Assembly (NCBI GenBank): GCA_964573695.1
Contig: CAZNKB010000001.1
Span: 64,565 to 128,564 of the forward strand
Reading direction: 5' to 3'
Length of the DNA: 64,000 bases
Source: an uncultured Gammaproteobacteria bacterium
Lineage (GTDB): Bacteria > Patescibacteriota > Microgenomatia > UBA10105 > UBA927
Positions 1-9,636 of this stretch are shown in pieces. The translations under genes and the position numbers were made by a program. The notes below the pieces were generated by a model, which worked only from the letters and a program-made list of their open reading frames with translations, searched no databases and was not told where the DNA came from. The stretch's first letter is position 1. Each line of letters opens with the position of its first letter.

Positions 1-400
1 GTGTTCTTGGGCCCCCACGAAAATTGTGTCGCTTAACCACTCCTGCAAATCCTTTTCCTTTGCTTATTCCGGTAACCCGAATCGTGTCACCAGCCGCAAA
101 TACGGAATCAACGGCGATCTGTGAACCTGCTTTTTCCGTTTCTTCGATGTGAGAAACCGTAAAACTCCGCAAAAAACGGAGCTTTATGTCGAGCCCCGCT
201 TTTTTAAGATGTCCTACTTCTGCTTTGTTTAAATTTTTGGTGGTTCCGAATCCTAGTTGAATACTCTTGAAGTGCTCCTGATTTTCGACCTCAGTAATCC
301 AGTTGGGACCGGCCAAAATTTCCGTGACGGGAATTCGCTTCCCCGATTCATCGAAGGCTTGCGATTGTCCAAGTTTGATTCCAAGTAATGCTTGCATCAT
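1..400 (-). CDS. rplC: 50S ribosomal protein L3 (partial, continues beyond window start)
   Basis: Manual reverse-strand translation gives MMQALLGIKLGQSQAFDESGKRIPVTEI...GKGFAGVVKRHNFRGGP, matching the L3 N-terminus and the conserved GKGFxGVVKR motif. It is in frame to position 1. The start is the ATGATG at 400/397. It is absent from the ORF track because there is no stop inside the window. Confidence 0.8.
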   Translation of the reverse strand, partial: MMQALLGIKLGQSQAFDESGKRIPVTEILAGPNWITEVENQEHFKSIQLGFGTTKNLNKAEVGHLKKAGLDIKLRFLRSFTVSHIEETEKAGSQIAVDSVFAAGDTIRVTGISKGKGFAGVVKRHNFRGGPRT

Positions 401-416
401 ACGTGCTCTCCACAAA

Positions 417-438
417 AAACGACCTCGGTTGAGGTCGT
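417..438 (-). terminator. Stem-loop (GACCUC-AACC-GAGGUC) followed by a U6 run on the minus strand, in the rpsJ-rplC spacer
   Basis: The minus-strand RNA reads aacGACCUCaaccGAGGUCguuuuuugugg, located 17 nt upstream of the rplC start and about 170 nt downstream of the rpsJ stop. Confidence 0.4.
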
Positions 439-604
439 TCATTCCCGGTAACACCAGGATTTACGCTCATCCGAGACTTTTGGTTACCCCTGAAACACAC
501 ACGCTTTGTCGCGTCATATCAGGAAGCGTAAGTATACCAAAGTATCTCTGTTAACTCAAATACCAATAAGATCCCTCGGATACCCTCGGGATGACATTGG
601 CATG

Positions 605-913
605 TCACATTTTAATCTCGACATCCACCCCTGCGGGGAGGTCAAGATGCATGAGTTGATCTATCGTCTTGTCTGTCGGTTCCACAATGTCTATCAGTCG
701 TTTATGGACTTTGATCATAAAGTCTTCCCGACTGTTTCGGTCGATAAATGTAGCTCTGGCTACATTAAAGTGCGTTTTATCGGTCGGAAGCGGCACAGGG
801 CCCACCACGCGCGCACCTGTGCGCACTGCGGTGTCCAAGATTTTCTGGCAGCAGTCATCAATGATCCTGCTGTCATACGCTTTTAGTCTGACTCGTATAC
901 GACCTTTCGGCAT
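605..913 (-). CDS. rpsJ: 30S ribosomal protein S10
   Basis: The 102-aa protein RIRVRLKAYDSRIIDD...HKRLIDIVEPTDKTIDQLMHLDLPAGVDVEI is a textbook S10. It ends with a TGA stop, so TGA is a stop codon in this genome. Confidence 0.92.
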   Translation of the reverse strand: MPKGRIRVRLKAYDSRIIDDCCQKILDTAVRTGARVVGPVPLPTDKTHFNVARATFIDRNSREDFMIKVHKRLIDIVEPTDKTIDQLMHLDLPAGVDVEIKM

Positions 914-955
914 TGTGTGTTAATGTGCCTTGACAACCGTACTGCTACAGCAGTC

Positions 956-2143
956 TTAAGCGACAATTTTTGTAACAACCCCTGCTCCCACTGTGTGACC
1001 ACCCTCGCGGATAGCGAACCGAAGACCTTCTTCAAGTGCCACCGGCACGATTAATTTGACATTCATCTTGGTACTGTCTCCGGGCATGACCATTTCCACT
1101 CCCTGCGGCAACGCACACTCTCCGGTGACGTCTGTCGTCTGGATATAGAATTGCGGTCTGTATCCCGTAAAGAACGGAGTGTGTCGTCCACCCTCTTCTT
1201 TGGTCAGTACGTACACTTCTGCCTCAAATTCGGTGTGTGGCTTCACGGATCCTACGGCGGCAAGCACTTGTCCGCGCTCTACTTGCTCTTTCTCGACACC
1301 GCGGAGTAATACTCCGATGTTATCTCCTGCTAGCCCTTCATCGAGTGTTTTTCTAAACATTTCGACGCCGGTCACAACAGTCGACTGTGTGGGTTTGATA
1401 CCAACGATTTCAATGGTTTCTCCAACCTTCACCTTGCCGCGGGATACGCGTCCGGTAACCACAGTTCCCCGGCCTTTGATAGAGAAGACATCCTCTACCG
1501 GCATAAGGAACGGTTTGTCGAGTTCACGCACCGGATCCGGCACGTATTCGTCGACGGTCTTCATAAGCTCTTCGATTGCTTTTTCTGCTTCCGCGTCTCC
1601 TTGGAGGGCTTTGAGGGCTGATCCTCGGATGACCGGAATCTTGTCTCCCGGATACTTATATTTGGTAAGTAACTCACGGACTTCCATTTCAACAAGATCC
1701 AGAAGCTCTTTGTCCTGTACCATATCGCATTTGTTCATGAATACGACGATCGCAGGAACGTTCACCTGACCGGCAAGCAGGATGTGCTCGCGGGTTTGCG
1801 GCATCGGACCGTCGGGTGCTGAAACGACTAAGATTGCACCGTCCATCTGCGCGGCTCCCGTGATCATGTTTTTGACATAATCGGCATGTCCCGGCGCATC
1901 AATGTGTGCATAGTGGCGTTTGGCTGTTTCGTATTCGGAGTGGTGGATGTTTATGGTGACCCCTCTGGCCTTCTCTTCCGGAGCGTTATCGATCTCTTCA
2001 TACTTTAAGGCCTTGGCCATACCCGATTTGGCCAACACGTGCGTGATAGCAGAAGTAAGGGTGGTCTTGCCATGGTCAACGTGACCTATGGTTCCAATAT
2101 TCAAATGTGGTTTGCTGCGAACAAATTTAGCTACGTCTGCCAT
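956..2143 (-). CDS. tuf: Elongation factor Tu
   Basis: 395 aa with [18 protein letters not shown] and NKCD G-motifs, collinear with EF-Tu throughout. Confidence 0.97.
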   Translation of the reverse strand: MADVAKFVRSKPHLNIGTIGHVDHGKTTLTSAITHVLAKSGMAKALKYEEIDNAPEEKARGVTINIHHSEYETAKRHYAHIDAPGHADYVKNMITGAAQMDGAILVVSAPDGPMPQTREHILLAGQVNVPAIVVFMNKCDMVQDKELLDLVEMEVRELLTKYKYPGDKIPVIRGSALKALQGDAEAEKAIEELMKTVDEYVPDPVRELDKPFLMPVEDVFSIKGRGTVVTGRVSRGKVKVGETIEIVGIKPTQSTVVTGVEMFRKTLDEGLAGDNIGVLLRGVEKEQVERGQVLAAVGSVKPHTEFEAEVYVLTKEEGGRHTPFFTGYRPQFYIQTTDVTGECALPQGVEMVMPGDSTKMNVKLIVPVALEEGLRFAIREGGHTVGAGVVTKIVA

Positions 2144-2229
2144 ACTACCTCCTTACAGAACAAAATTATGTTTATAAAAATAATTAATCGACCTTAAAAT
2201 ATAAGTCGCTTTTGACATTTTAGCACATC

Positions 2230-4335
2230 TTAGACATTCTTCGCAATAATCTTTTCCTGAATATTTTTGGGAACTTCTTCGTAGTGACTCGGCTCCATAT
2301 AATATGTAGCCCGGCCTTTGGACAAACTCCGAAGCACTGTAGCATACCCTGACAGTTCGGCAAGCGGCACCATAGCCAGAATAACCGTAACTGTTCCCCG
2401 CTGCTCACTCCCCATAATCTGTGCACGTCTAGCGGAAAGATCGCCAATACAGTCTCCCATGTATTCATCGGGAGTGGTCACTTCCACCTTCATGATCGGC
2501 TCGAGTATTGTGGGATCTGCGTGTTTTACCGCATCCTGAAGCGCCATACTTCCTGCAATCTTAAATGCCATTTCTGACGAGTCGACGTCGTGATAACTTC
2601 CGTCATAGAGTGTGGCCGACATATCGACCAGCGGATAACCGGCAAGCACACCATTTTCCATGGCCTCGACGATACCCTTCTCAATCGGAGGAATAAACTC
2701 GTTCGGAACACTTCCCCCTTTGATTGCATCAATAAATTCAAATCCTTCTCCACGAGCCTTCGGCTCTATAGTAATCATCGCATGACCGTATTGACCTCTA
2801 CCTCCGGTCTGTCGGATATATTTCCCTTCTCCTTCAGCAAGCTTCTTGATCGTTTCCTTGTATGCGACTTGAGGTGCTCCGACATTTGCCTCCACCTTGA
2901 ATTCACGCTTCATGCGGTCAACCAAAATCTCCAAGTGTAACTCTCCCATGCCCCAAATAATTGTCTGGTTGGTTTCTTGATTGCTTTTGATTTTGAATGT
3001 CGGATCTTCTTCGGACAAACGCTGCAATGCATATCCCATTTTCTCCTGATCATTTTTGGTTTTGGGCTCAATAGCAAGCGAGATGACCGGATCGGGAAAC
3101 GTGATTTTTTCCAGTACGATCGGGTTTGTTTTGTCACAGAGGGTATCTCCGGTGATCGTATCTTTAAGCCCCACGACTGCGACGATTTCTCCTGCAAACG
3201 CTTCGCGGATTTCTTCCCGTTGGTTCGCGTGCATAAGAAGTAACCGTCCTACACGTTCTTCGGCACCCTTGCTCGAGTTATACGTATAAGAGCCTGACTC
3301 CAATTTCCCCGAATAGATACGGACGTAGGTCAGCTTTCCTACATGCGGATCAATCTGAATTTTGAACGCGAGCCCGGAAAAATGATCATCGCTCACGCGC
3401 TTCCGCGTCACATGCTCTTCGGTCTTAGGATGAATACCGCTTACTTCCGGAAGATCCAATGGAGACGGTAAATAATCAACGACTGCGTCGAGAAGCGGCT
3501 GAACGCCTTTGTTGCGAAGACTCGTGCCGCAATAGATAGGTACGAGCTTGTAAGCGATAACTGCCCGACGAAGTGCTGCTTTTAGCTCCTCTACCGTAGG
3601 CTCGGTACCCGCGAGGAATTTCTCCAGCAATGCGTCGTCTGTTTCGGAAATACGCTCAATCAAGTCGTTTCGGGATTTGGTCACTTCTTCCTTCAAATCC
3701 GCAGGAATTTCGGGGAGTTCGTCGGGGTGTGCGCCAAGATCATCGGTATTCCACACATACGCTTTAAGCGTGAGCAAATCGACAATACCTTTATAGGTCT
3801 GTTCCCTGCCGATCGGTACGACCATGACGGCGGTTCGGGCTCCCAGACGCTGTTCAATCTGCTGTATGGTATGTCGGAAATCTGCGCCGATTTTGTCCAT
3901 TTTGTTGACAAAACAGATACGCGGCACTTTGTACTTATCTGCCTGATGCCACACGGTTTCGGATTGACTCTGCACGCCTTCTTCCGCATCCAAAACGGTA
4001 ATGCCGCCGTCGAGCACGCGAAGAGAACGTTCCACTTCAGCAGTAAAATCCACATGTCCGGGCGTATCGATAATGTTAAAGCGGTACCCCTTCCAAAAAG
4101 TGGTCGTAGCGGCGGATACAATGGTGATGCCCCGCTCTTTCTCCTGCTCCATCCAGTCCATTTGGGTCGTACCTTCATCGATATCACCGATTTTGTAACT
4201 TCTTCCTGTGTAATAGAGGATACGCTCTGTGGTTGTGGTTTTGCCTGCATCGATATGCGCAATGATGCCGATGTTGCGTACTTTATCGAGTGGCACATCG
4301 CGGTTTTCTGTTACGGTTGTCTGTGGGTTTGCCAT
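2230..4335 (-). CDS. fusA: Elongation factor G
   Basis: 701 aa with [23 protein letters not shown] and NKMD motifs and EF-G domains IV-V. Confidence 0.97.
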   Translation of the reverse strand: MANPQTTVTENRDVPLDKVRNIGIIAHIDAGKTTTTERILYYTGRSYKIGDIDEGTTQMDWMEQEKERGITIVSAATTTFWKGYRFNIIDTPGHVDFTAEVERSLRVLDGGITVLDAEEGVQSQSETVWHQADKYKVPRICFVNKMDKIGADFRHTIQQIEQRLGARTAVMVVPIGREQTYKGIVDLLTLKAYVWNTDDLGAHPDELPEIPADLKEEVTKSRNDLIERISETDDALLEKFLAGTEPTVEELKAALRRAVIAYKLVPIYCGTSLRNKGVQPLLDAVVDYLPSPLDLPEVSGIHPKTEEHVTRKRVSDDHFSGLAFKIQIDPHVGKLTYVRIYSGKLESGSYTYNSSKGAEERVGRLLLMHANQREEIREAFAGEIVAVVGLKDTITGDTLCDKTNPIVLEKITFPDPVISLAIEPKTKNDQEKMGYALQRLSEEDPTFKIKSNQETNQTIIWGMGELHLEILVDRMKREFKVEANVGAPQVAYKETIKKLAEGEGKYIRQTGGRGQYGHAMITIEPKARGEGFEFIDAIKGGSVPNEFIPPIEKGIVEAMENGVLAGYPLVDMSATLYDGSYHDVDSSEMAFKIAGSMALQDAVKHADPTILEPIMKVEVTTPDEYMGDCIGDLSARRAQIMGSEQRGTVTVILAMVPLAELSGYATVLRSLSKGRATYYMEPSHYEEVPKNIQEKIIAKNV

Positions 4336-4433
4336 AGGTCTATTGTATCAAATAAAAAAAGCTCCCCGACTTGGGAAGCAAAACTGCTTCAACAATTCAA
4401 CGTAACAATTGTACAGGATTTTCTACCGCCTGT

Positions 4434-4697
4434 CTAGGGATTTTGACGATCCTTCCACTTCCACCATTTAAGGAGTTCGGGGTCGTGAGTCTTGTTGGAA
4501 GCAAAATACACGGCGCACCGCATAACATAAAGCATACATCGGTCGAGAATAACCCCCTGATTCTTATTGAGTTCTTCATAAAGCTTTTCAGGATCTTTTC
4601 CGATCAAGTCTTCCACCTTATGGATATGTATGGCGTTTAAATCAGCAGCTATACGTTTACCCACCCCGGGAATGACGATAAGGGGATTTATTTTCAT
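4434..4697 (-). CDS. Small helix-hairpin-helix protein, Cdd1-like (pathogenicity-locus family)
   Basis: 87 aa with an IPGVGKRIAADL HhH motif and a conserved C-terminal HDPELLKWW-type motif, as in Cdd1/TfoX-C-like proteins. Confidence 0.55.
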   Translation of the reverse strand: MKINPLIVIPGVGKRIAADLNAIHIHKVEDLIGKDPEKLYEELNKNQGVILDRCMLYVMRCAVYFASNKTHDPELLKWWKWKDRQNP

Positions 4698-5077
4698 TTG
4701 GCACCAGGCAACACCATATGCAGCAATGCCGCAAACGTGATTCTGCCGGGACTCTTACATTGTAGCGAATCGGTGAAAATTGAGTGGAATTGGTTTAGAT
4801 GGTTCGGAGGAGCGACTCTCGTGCAGACAGTGGCACCGTCTTCCGAACGGATCCGGCGGTAACTCCGCTCGCTTGTGACATCTTTCCATGGACAAGGATG
4901 CGTACAGGTGCAATAACCCGCACCCGCTTCTCTACTCAAATGAAGCGTTATTGTGTTCCCGTCTGCCTGAACCGTTCGGGTTGCCATTCAAAATGGTACA
5001 TTACTCCATTAAATTTCCGTTGTAAAGTAAATACAAACGTTTCAACTTCACATCACCGATGTGCGAAGCTACCGTGC

Positions 5078-5106
5078 TACATATACACGACACTGTAAGG
5101 TATAAT
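5078..5106 (+). promoter_or_regulatory. Candidate promoter for the XRE gene, giving a near-leaderless transcript
   Basis: A consensus TATAAT sits at 5101-5106, 11 nt before the ATG at 5118. A weak -35 (tacata) lies 17 nt upstream. Confidence 0.3.
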
Positions 5107-5117
5107 CACCAGCAGAT

Positions 5118-5324
5118 ATGGAGACAATAGAAAATTCCGTATATAAACTCCGCACAAAAGCAAAAATTACTCAGGAACAGCTGGCAGTCGCTGTCGGGGT
5201 AACGCGACAAACAATTATCGCTATAGAAAAGGGATCGTATATTCCCTCACTACTGTTAGCATTTAACATTGCACAGTATTTTAGGAAACCTGTAGAATCT
5301 ATATTTGAATTATGCAAAAAATAA
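5118..5324 (+). CDS. XRE-family helix-turn-helix transcriptional regulator
   Basis: 68 aa with LRTKAKITQEQLAVAVGVTRQTIIAIEKG, a canonical HTH_3 motif. Confidence 0.75.
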   Translation: METIENSVYKLRTKAKITQEQLAVAVGVTRQTIIAIEKGSYIPSLLLAFNIAQYFRKPVESIFELCKK

Positions 5325-5686
5325 CCCAGCATTATTCAGGAGAAATTATCACCGCCATATTTCTCATGCTGCTTCTTGCAGCATTTGTGAGCCCACCAGG
5401 ACTTCTCATGCCAAAGTCTTCAGAAATGATTTTTCTGGTCATCTTTGTCCTCTCGTTTTTTGTATACTTGGGATTTATATGGAAAGAAACGGCAGTTGAT
5501 GAACGTGAACACGCGCATCAACTCACTGCGGGAAGAATTTCTTTTTTTGTAGGCTCATCTATCCTTACTCTAGGTATTATTGGTCAGGCACTTACCCATA
5601 ATATTGATCCGTGGCTGGTGGGAGCGCTGGGTGCTATGCTGCTTACGAAAATTATTGTCAGGATCTATACGCAGATAACCCACTAA
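5312..5686 (+). CDS. Small integral membrane protein, partner of the XRE regulator
   Basis: 124 aa with three or four hydrophobic helices. It overlaps the XRE stop by 13 nt, which suggests a two-gene operon. Confidence 0.5.
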   Translation: MQKITQHYSGEIITAIFLMLLLAAFVSPPGLLMPKSSEMIFLVIFVLSFFVYLGFIWKETAVDEREHAHQLTAGRISFFVGSSILTLGIIGQALTHNIDPWLVGALGAMLLTKIIVRIYTQITH

Positions 5687-5708
5687 CATCCATGTATGTT
5701 AAGTCCAC

Positions 5709-5737
5709 TTGACATTCCCCTAAGATAACCTTATTGT
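5709..5737 (+). promoter_or_regulatory. Candidate sigma70-like promoter for the thioredoxin-like gene
   Basis: TTGACA at 5709-5714, a 17-nt spacer and TATTGT at 5732-5737. An AAGGAGG RBS sits at 5766-5772 before the ATG at 5776. Confidence 0.3.
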
Positions 5738-5775
5738 AAGATAAGTAACAAATATTTTCCTTTCAAGGAGGATGT

Positions 5776-6309
5776 ATGAATAACAAACTACTTATCATCG
5801 TGGGTGTTGTCGTTATTGGTACCCTTGGGGGGGTATATATCCGAAGCCAGCATTCAAACAACAATAACCAAATTGTGCCGAAACCCACGGGAGCCATGGA
5901 AAAAACAGAAAACGCTACAACAGAGCCGACCCGTGGCATGGTGGAAAAAACTGTAACACCGAGTGGTTCAACAAACAAAGACGAAGGAACAATGATGAAA
6001 AACGAATCACGGTATGTCGTGTATTCCAAAACGGCTTTTGAGACGGCCAAGGGGAAGAAGCGGATATACTTTTTTCATGCGCCGTGGTGCCCCACCTGCA
6101 GACCGGCTGACGCAGCTTTCCAAAAAGACGCCGCGCTTATTCCGGAAAACGTCGTCCTGTTTAAGACGGACTACGATACGTCGGCAGAGCTGAAAAAGCA
6201 GTATGCCGTTACCTACCAGCATACATTTATTCAGGTTGATGAGAATGGCCGCGAAGTGACAAGGTGGAACGGGGGCGCGATAGCGGAATTAACGGCAAAT
6301 ATTAGATAA
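5776..6309 (+). CDS. Membrane-anchored thioredoxin-family protein (WCPTC active site)
   Basis: 177 aa with an N-terminal TM helix and a FHAPWCPTC thioredoxin CxxC motif. A strong RBS is present. Confidence 0.7.
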   Translation: MNNKLLIIVGVVVIGTLGGVYIRSQHSNNNNQIVPKPTGAMEKTENATTEPTRGMVEKTVTPSGSTNKDEGTMMKNESRYVVYSKTAFETAKGKKRIYFFHAPWCPTCRPADAAFQKDAALIPENVVLFKTDYDTSAELKKQYAVTYQHTFIQVDENGREVTRWNGGAIAELTANIR

Positions 6310-6314
6310 CGTTT

Positions 6315-8021
6315 ATGATAATCCTTATTCTTTTCGCTTTTCTTGGAGGACTTATTACCATACTTTCTCCCTGCATCCTACCTATTTTGCCAGTCGTGCT
6401 GTCGGGAAGCATCACGGGAGGCAAACGGCGCCCTATGGGAGTGGTAACCGGATTTATCCTAAGCTTTACGTTTTTTACTTTATTTCTTTCCGCTATAGTC
6501 CGCGCGACCGGACTCTCTGCCGACGCGCTCCGGTTGGTGGCGGTCGCGGTCATCTCGTTTTTTGGTATAAGCCTGCTTGTTCCCTCACTTCAAGTCGCCA
6601 TAGAAAAACTATTTTCCCGTCTTATCCAATGGGCGCCGAAACAAAACACAAATAACGGATTTATATCCGGTATCCTGGTAGGTTTGAGTCTTGGACTCAT
6701 CTGGACTCCGTGTGTCGGCCCGATTTTAGCTTCGATTATCACACTTGCGGCAACCAGCAGTGTCGGATTTTCTGCTGTCCTTATCACACTCGCATACGCG
6801 ATCGGCACTGCCATACCGCTTCTTGCCATTACCGCAGGGGGGAGAAATCTGCTTAATCGCCACCCCTGGTTACTTGCAAATACCGCACGGATTCAGAAAG
6901 GATTCGGCATGCTTATGCTTCTGACTGCTCTCGCGATTTATAACTCCTGGGACAGGCAATTCCAGACCTATGTCCTGGAAAAATTTCCAAGTTACGGCAC
7001 GGGACTTACCAAACTCGAAGATAATGCACTCGTAAAATCCCAATTGCAATTATTCAAAAAAGGAGGATCTATGACACCCACATCATTCAATGCTAATTAC
7101 GGCAATGCGCCGGATTTTATCGCGGGTGGACAGTGGTTTAACAGTGAGCCGCTTACGATGAGCGCGTTGCGCGGCAAGGTCGTACTAGTCGACTTTTGGA
7201 CATATACCTGCATCAACTGCATCCGAACACTCCCCTATATCAAGGCATGGCACGAAAAATATAAGGATAAGGGATTGGTTATTGTCGGCGTGCATACGCC
7301 CGAGTTTGAATTTGAAAAAAATCCCGAGAACGTCCAAAGGGCGCTCAAAGATTTTGGTCTCACCTACCCGGTCGTACAGGACAATGACTATGCGACGTGG
7401 CAGGCGTATGCCAACCACTATTGGCCGGCGAAATATTTGATCGACAAGGACGGCAAAATCCGGTACACCCATTTCGGCGAGGGAGATTATGACGAAACGG
7501 AAACTATGATACAGAAATTACTCTCAGAAGCAGGATCCCCGGTAAACGAAGCAGTGGCAAATCCGACATACCAGGTACAAACCAGAACGCCGGAAACATA
7601 TTTAGGGTACGAACGCATGACAGGACTTGTTTCCCCGGAGCGCGTGGTTCCCAACAAAACAACAACATTTACGGCACCTGTAACGATCAAACGCAACACG
7701 TTTGCGATGAGTGGCACCTGGACTATCGGAGCACAGCGAGCTATGCCCGCCACAGGAGCTGTACTTACGTATCACTTCGACGCCACTGAGCTATTCCTTG
7801 TCATGCGACCAAAAACACCCGGCGCTGTGGCAAAGATAAAAATCACCCTGGATGAAAAAGACGTGAGTGAATTTGCAGGAAGTGATGTAACAAACGGAAT
7901 GGTAACGGTGGATAGTGACCGGCTCTACAAACTTATCAAGCTGCCGGCAATCGGCCCCCACATACTGAAACTGGAATTCTTGGACAGCAACGCAGAGCTC
8001 TACGCGTTTACGTTTGGCTAA
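6315..8021 (+). CDS. DipZ-like thiol:disulfide interchange protein, a CcdA/DsbD transmembrane domain fused to a TlpA/ResA-like thioredoxin domain
   Basis: The N-terminus is multi-TM CcdA-like (SPCILPILP...TPCVGPIL, with paired Cys). The central region VVLVDFWTYTCINCIRTLPYI...VVGVHTPEF is a redoxin CxxC fold. A C-terminal domain of about 150 aa has unknown function. Confidence 0.8.
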   Translation: MIILILFAFLGGLITILSPCILPILPVVLSGSITGGKRRPMGVVTGFILSFTFFTLFLSAIVRATGLSADALRLVAVAVISFFGISLLVPSLQVAIEKLFSRLIQWAPKQNTNNGFISGILVGLSLGLIWTPCVGPILASIITLAATSSVGFSAVLITLAYAIGTAIPLLAITAGGRNLLNRHPWLLANTARIQKGFGMLMLLTALAIYNSWDRQFQTYVLEKFPSYGTGLTKLEDNALVKSQLQLFKKGGSMTPTSFNANYGNAPDFIAGGQWFNSEPLTMSALRGKVVLVDFWTYTCINCIRTLPYIKAWHEKYKDKGLVIVGVHTPEFEFEKNPENVQRALKDFGLTYPVVQDNDYATWQAYANHYWPAKYLIDKDGKIRYTHFGEGDYDETETMIQKLLSEAGSPVNEAVANPTYQVQTRTPETYLGYERMTGLVSPERVVPNKTTTFTAPVTIKRNTFAMSGTWTIGAQRAMPATGAVLTYHFDATELFLVMRPKTPGAVAKIKITLDEKDVSEFAGSDVTNGMVTVDSDRLYKLIKLPAIGPHILKLEFLDSNAELYAFTFG

Positions 8022-8413
8022 AGGAAGCCAAACAATCTTCTCTGATACCGGAACGTAGAAAAGCTTCCGCTCCTGGGAGGAAATACTTCTTTCACGTTAC
8101 GAACTTCACGCTTCGGTCTCAACTCCGGCGGGTTGACCTCAGACCACCGCGCTTCGTAAAGCGTATCTAAACCGGACTCTTTAAGTACTCGGCTCACGCT
8201 GTCATATTGGGAATATGCGCGCTCTCAATTCCCATTTCTATAGTCGCTGCCCGCGGAACCCATAACGACAAAGGCAAAATTTGCCGCTTCACTGTCGACC
8301 GTCAGCTCATGGACTGCCCACGGCATATGTGAAGCAAGTTCTTTCCGAAGATTTATAAATCGTTGCTGCATGGAATTTGGCCGAAGTATAGCCCCGGAGA
8401 ATACACTTGTCAA
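8018..8413 (-). pseudogene. ORF of about 131 codons interrupted by a single in-frame TGA, likely a pseudogene of unknown function
   Basis: The 62-aa ORF at 8225..8413 stops at TGA. The same frame continues without further stops for 68 more codons (ERAYSQYDSVSRVLKESGLDTLYEARWSEVNPPELRPKREV...) down to a TAG at 8018. TGA is a genuine stop elsewhere (rpsJ). Confidence 0.35.
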
Positions 8414-8433
8414 ACGTATCCCCGCACCGCAGG

Positions 8434-9636
8434 TTATGGAGAAATAACAATCCGGTAAATCACACCGGACTTATCATCAGAAACATACAGCGTTCCTTTG
8501 TCATCAAACAGCACATCTACGGGCCTACCAATAGCTCCTCCCTCCTGCAGGAACCCGCTAATAAAATCCGATTCCCCGGTTTTGTTAAGCGACGCATCGA
8601 GATCAAAACGCACTACTTTATATCCCGTTGGCTCACTGCGGTTCCATGATCCGTGATACGACACAAGCAGATCCCCCCGATATTCTTTGGGCCAGCTATC
8701 CGGAATCACGGCGAGCCCCAAAGGCGCTGAATGCGCCTGAAAGGTGATATGCGGCGGTATACTTTCTGCACATTTTTTTTGAGCCGCATCGGACGAGTCA
8801 AACGACCGGTCATGAACGTTGTTATTATAACAATACGGCCACCCGTAAAACCCTCCGCTACGGACAATATTTACTTCCTCGAAAGGTGTATTGTCCCCCA
8901 ACAGATCACGCCCCATGTCAGTCGCCCACATATCGCGGCTTACCGGGTGCCAGATAAAAAACACGCTGTTACGGAGTCCCGACGCATACTCGCGAAAATC
9001 CTTCCCGTCAGGATTACTTACGTATATTTTTGCCCGCCGTGGATCTTTTTCCACACAAACGTTACAACTGGATCCTATGGAAACGTACAATTTTCCGTCC
9101 GGGCCGAATCCTATCGAACGGGAAAAATGATTGCCGCCGGCAGGCAGGTCCAGCAGTTTCTTTTTATTTGTTGCTTTTCTGGTCCCGACATTATAATCGT
9201 ATGCTGCAATCTGATTCGTTTCGGCAATATAAAGCTTGCCCTCGTAAAATGCTAACCCGTGCGGCAGATTGAGCCCGTCTATTACCGTGATCGTCTCATC
9301 GGACACACCGTCGTTATTTGAGTCAGGCAGCGCCACAACCTTGCCCTGCGACGGAACACTCGCAAGAAGCGTCCCCCGAGGATCCCAGATCAACACGCGC
9401 GGACTTACGAGGTCTTTGGCAAAGTATGAAAGGGAAAATCCCTCCGGCAACGTCAGGGGCAATCCCGTGGTGTTCGTAAATTTCTGACGCGGCGCCCCTG
9501 TAAACGCCGGAGCTTGTATAGCTGATGGGATTGGCCCGAACGCTGGTCTCCAACCACGCAGATTCCTATACCCGAACCACCCGCCATAAACGATAATGCC
9601 CAGTAGTGCTAGGAAGATAGCTATCCTGACCTTCAT
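8434..9636 (-). CDS. PQQ-dependent sugar dehydrogenase, YliI / sorbosone dehydrogenase-like beta-propeller
   Basis: 400 aa with an N-terminal TM or signal helix. Motifs PHGLAFYEGKLYIAE and GGFYGWPYCY are typical of soluble aldose sugar dehydrogenases. Confidence 0.7.
   Translation of the reverse strand: MKVRIAIFLALLGIIVYGGWFGYRNLRGWRPAFGPIPSAIQAPAFTGAPRQKFTNTTGLPLTLPEGFSLSYFAKDLVSPRVLIWDPRGTLLASVPSQGKVVALPDSNNDGVSDETITVIDGLNLPHGLAFYEGKLYIAETNQIAAYDYNVGTRKATNKKKLLDLPAGGNHFSRSIGFGPDGKLYVSIGSSCNVCVEKDPRRAKIYVSNPDGKDFREYASGLRNSVFFIWHPVSRDMWATDMGRDLLGDNTPFEEVNIVRSGGFYGWPYCYNNNVHDRSFDSSDAAQKKCAESIPPHITFQAHSAPLGLAVIPDSWPKEYRGDLLVSYHGSWNRSEPTGYKVVRFDLDASLNKTGESDFISGFLQEGGAIGRPVDVLFDDKGTLYVSDDKSGVIYRIVISP

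Noticed and set aside
1179-4437. Plus-strand ORFs overlapping tuf and fusA (for example 1179..1769 and 3727..4437)
   Set aside because: Antisense to highly conserved EF-Tu and EF-G. No motifs; compositional artefacts.
4694-4987. 97-aa minus-strand ORF in the gap between the HhH gene and the XRE gene
   Set aside because: A Cys/Thr/Arg-rich low-complexity translation with no RBS or start context. The region is better explained as non-coding or a possible structured RNA.
8225-8227. Possibility that TGA is globally reassigned to a sense codon (as in some CPR lineages)
   Set aside because: rpsJ, a highly conserved gene, terminates with TGA at its expected C-terminus. TGA is therefore a functional stop here, and the interrupted ORF is more likely a pseudogene or an error.
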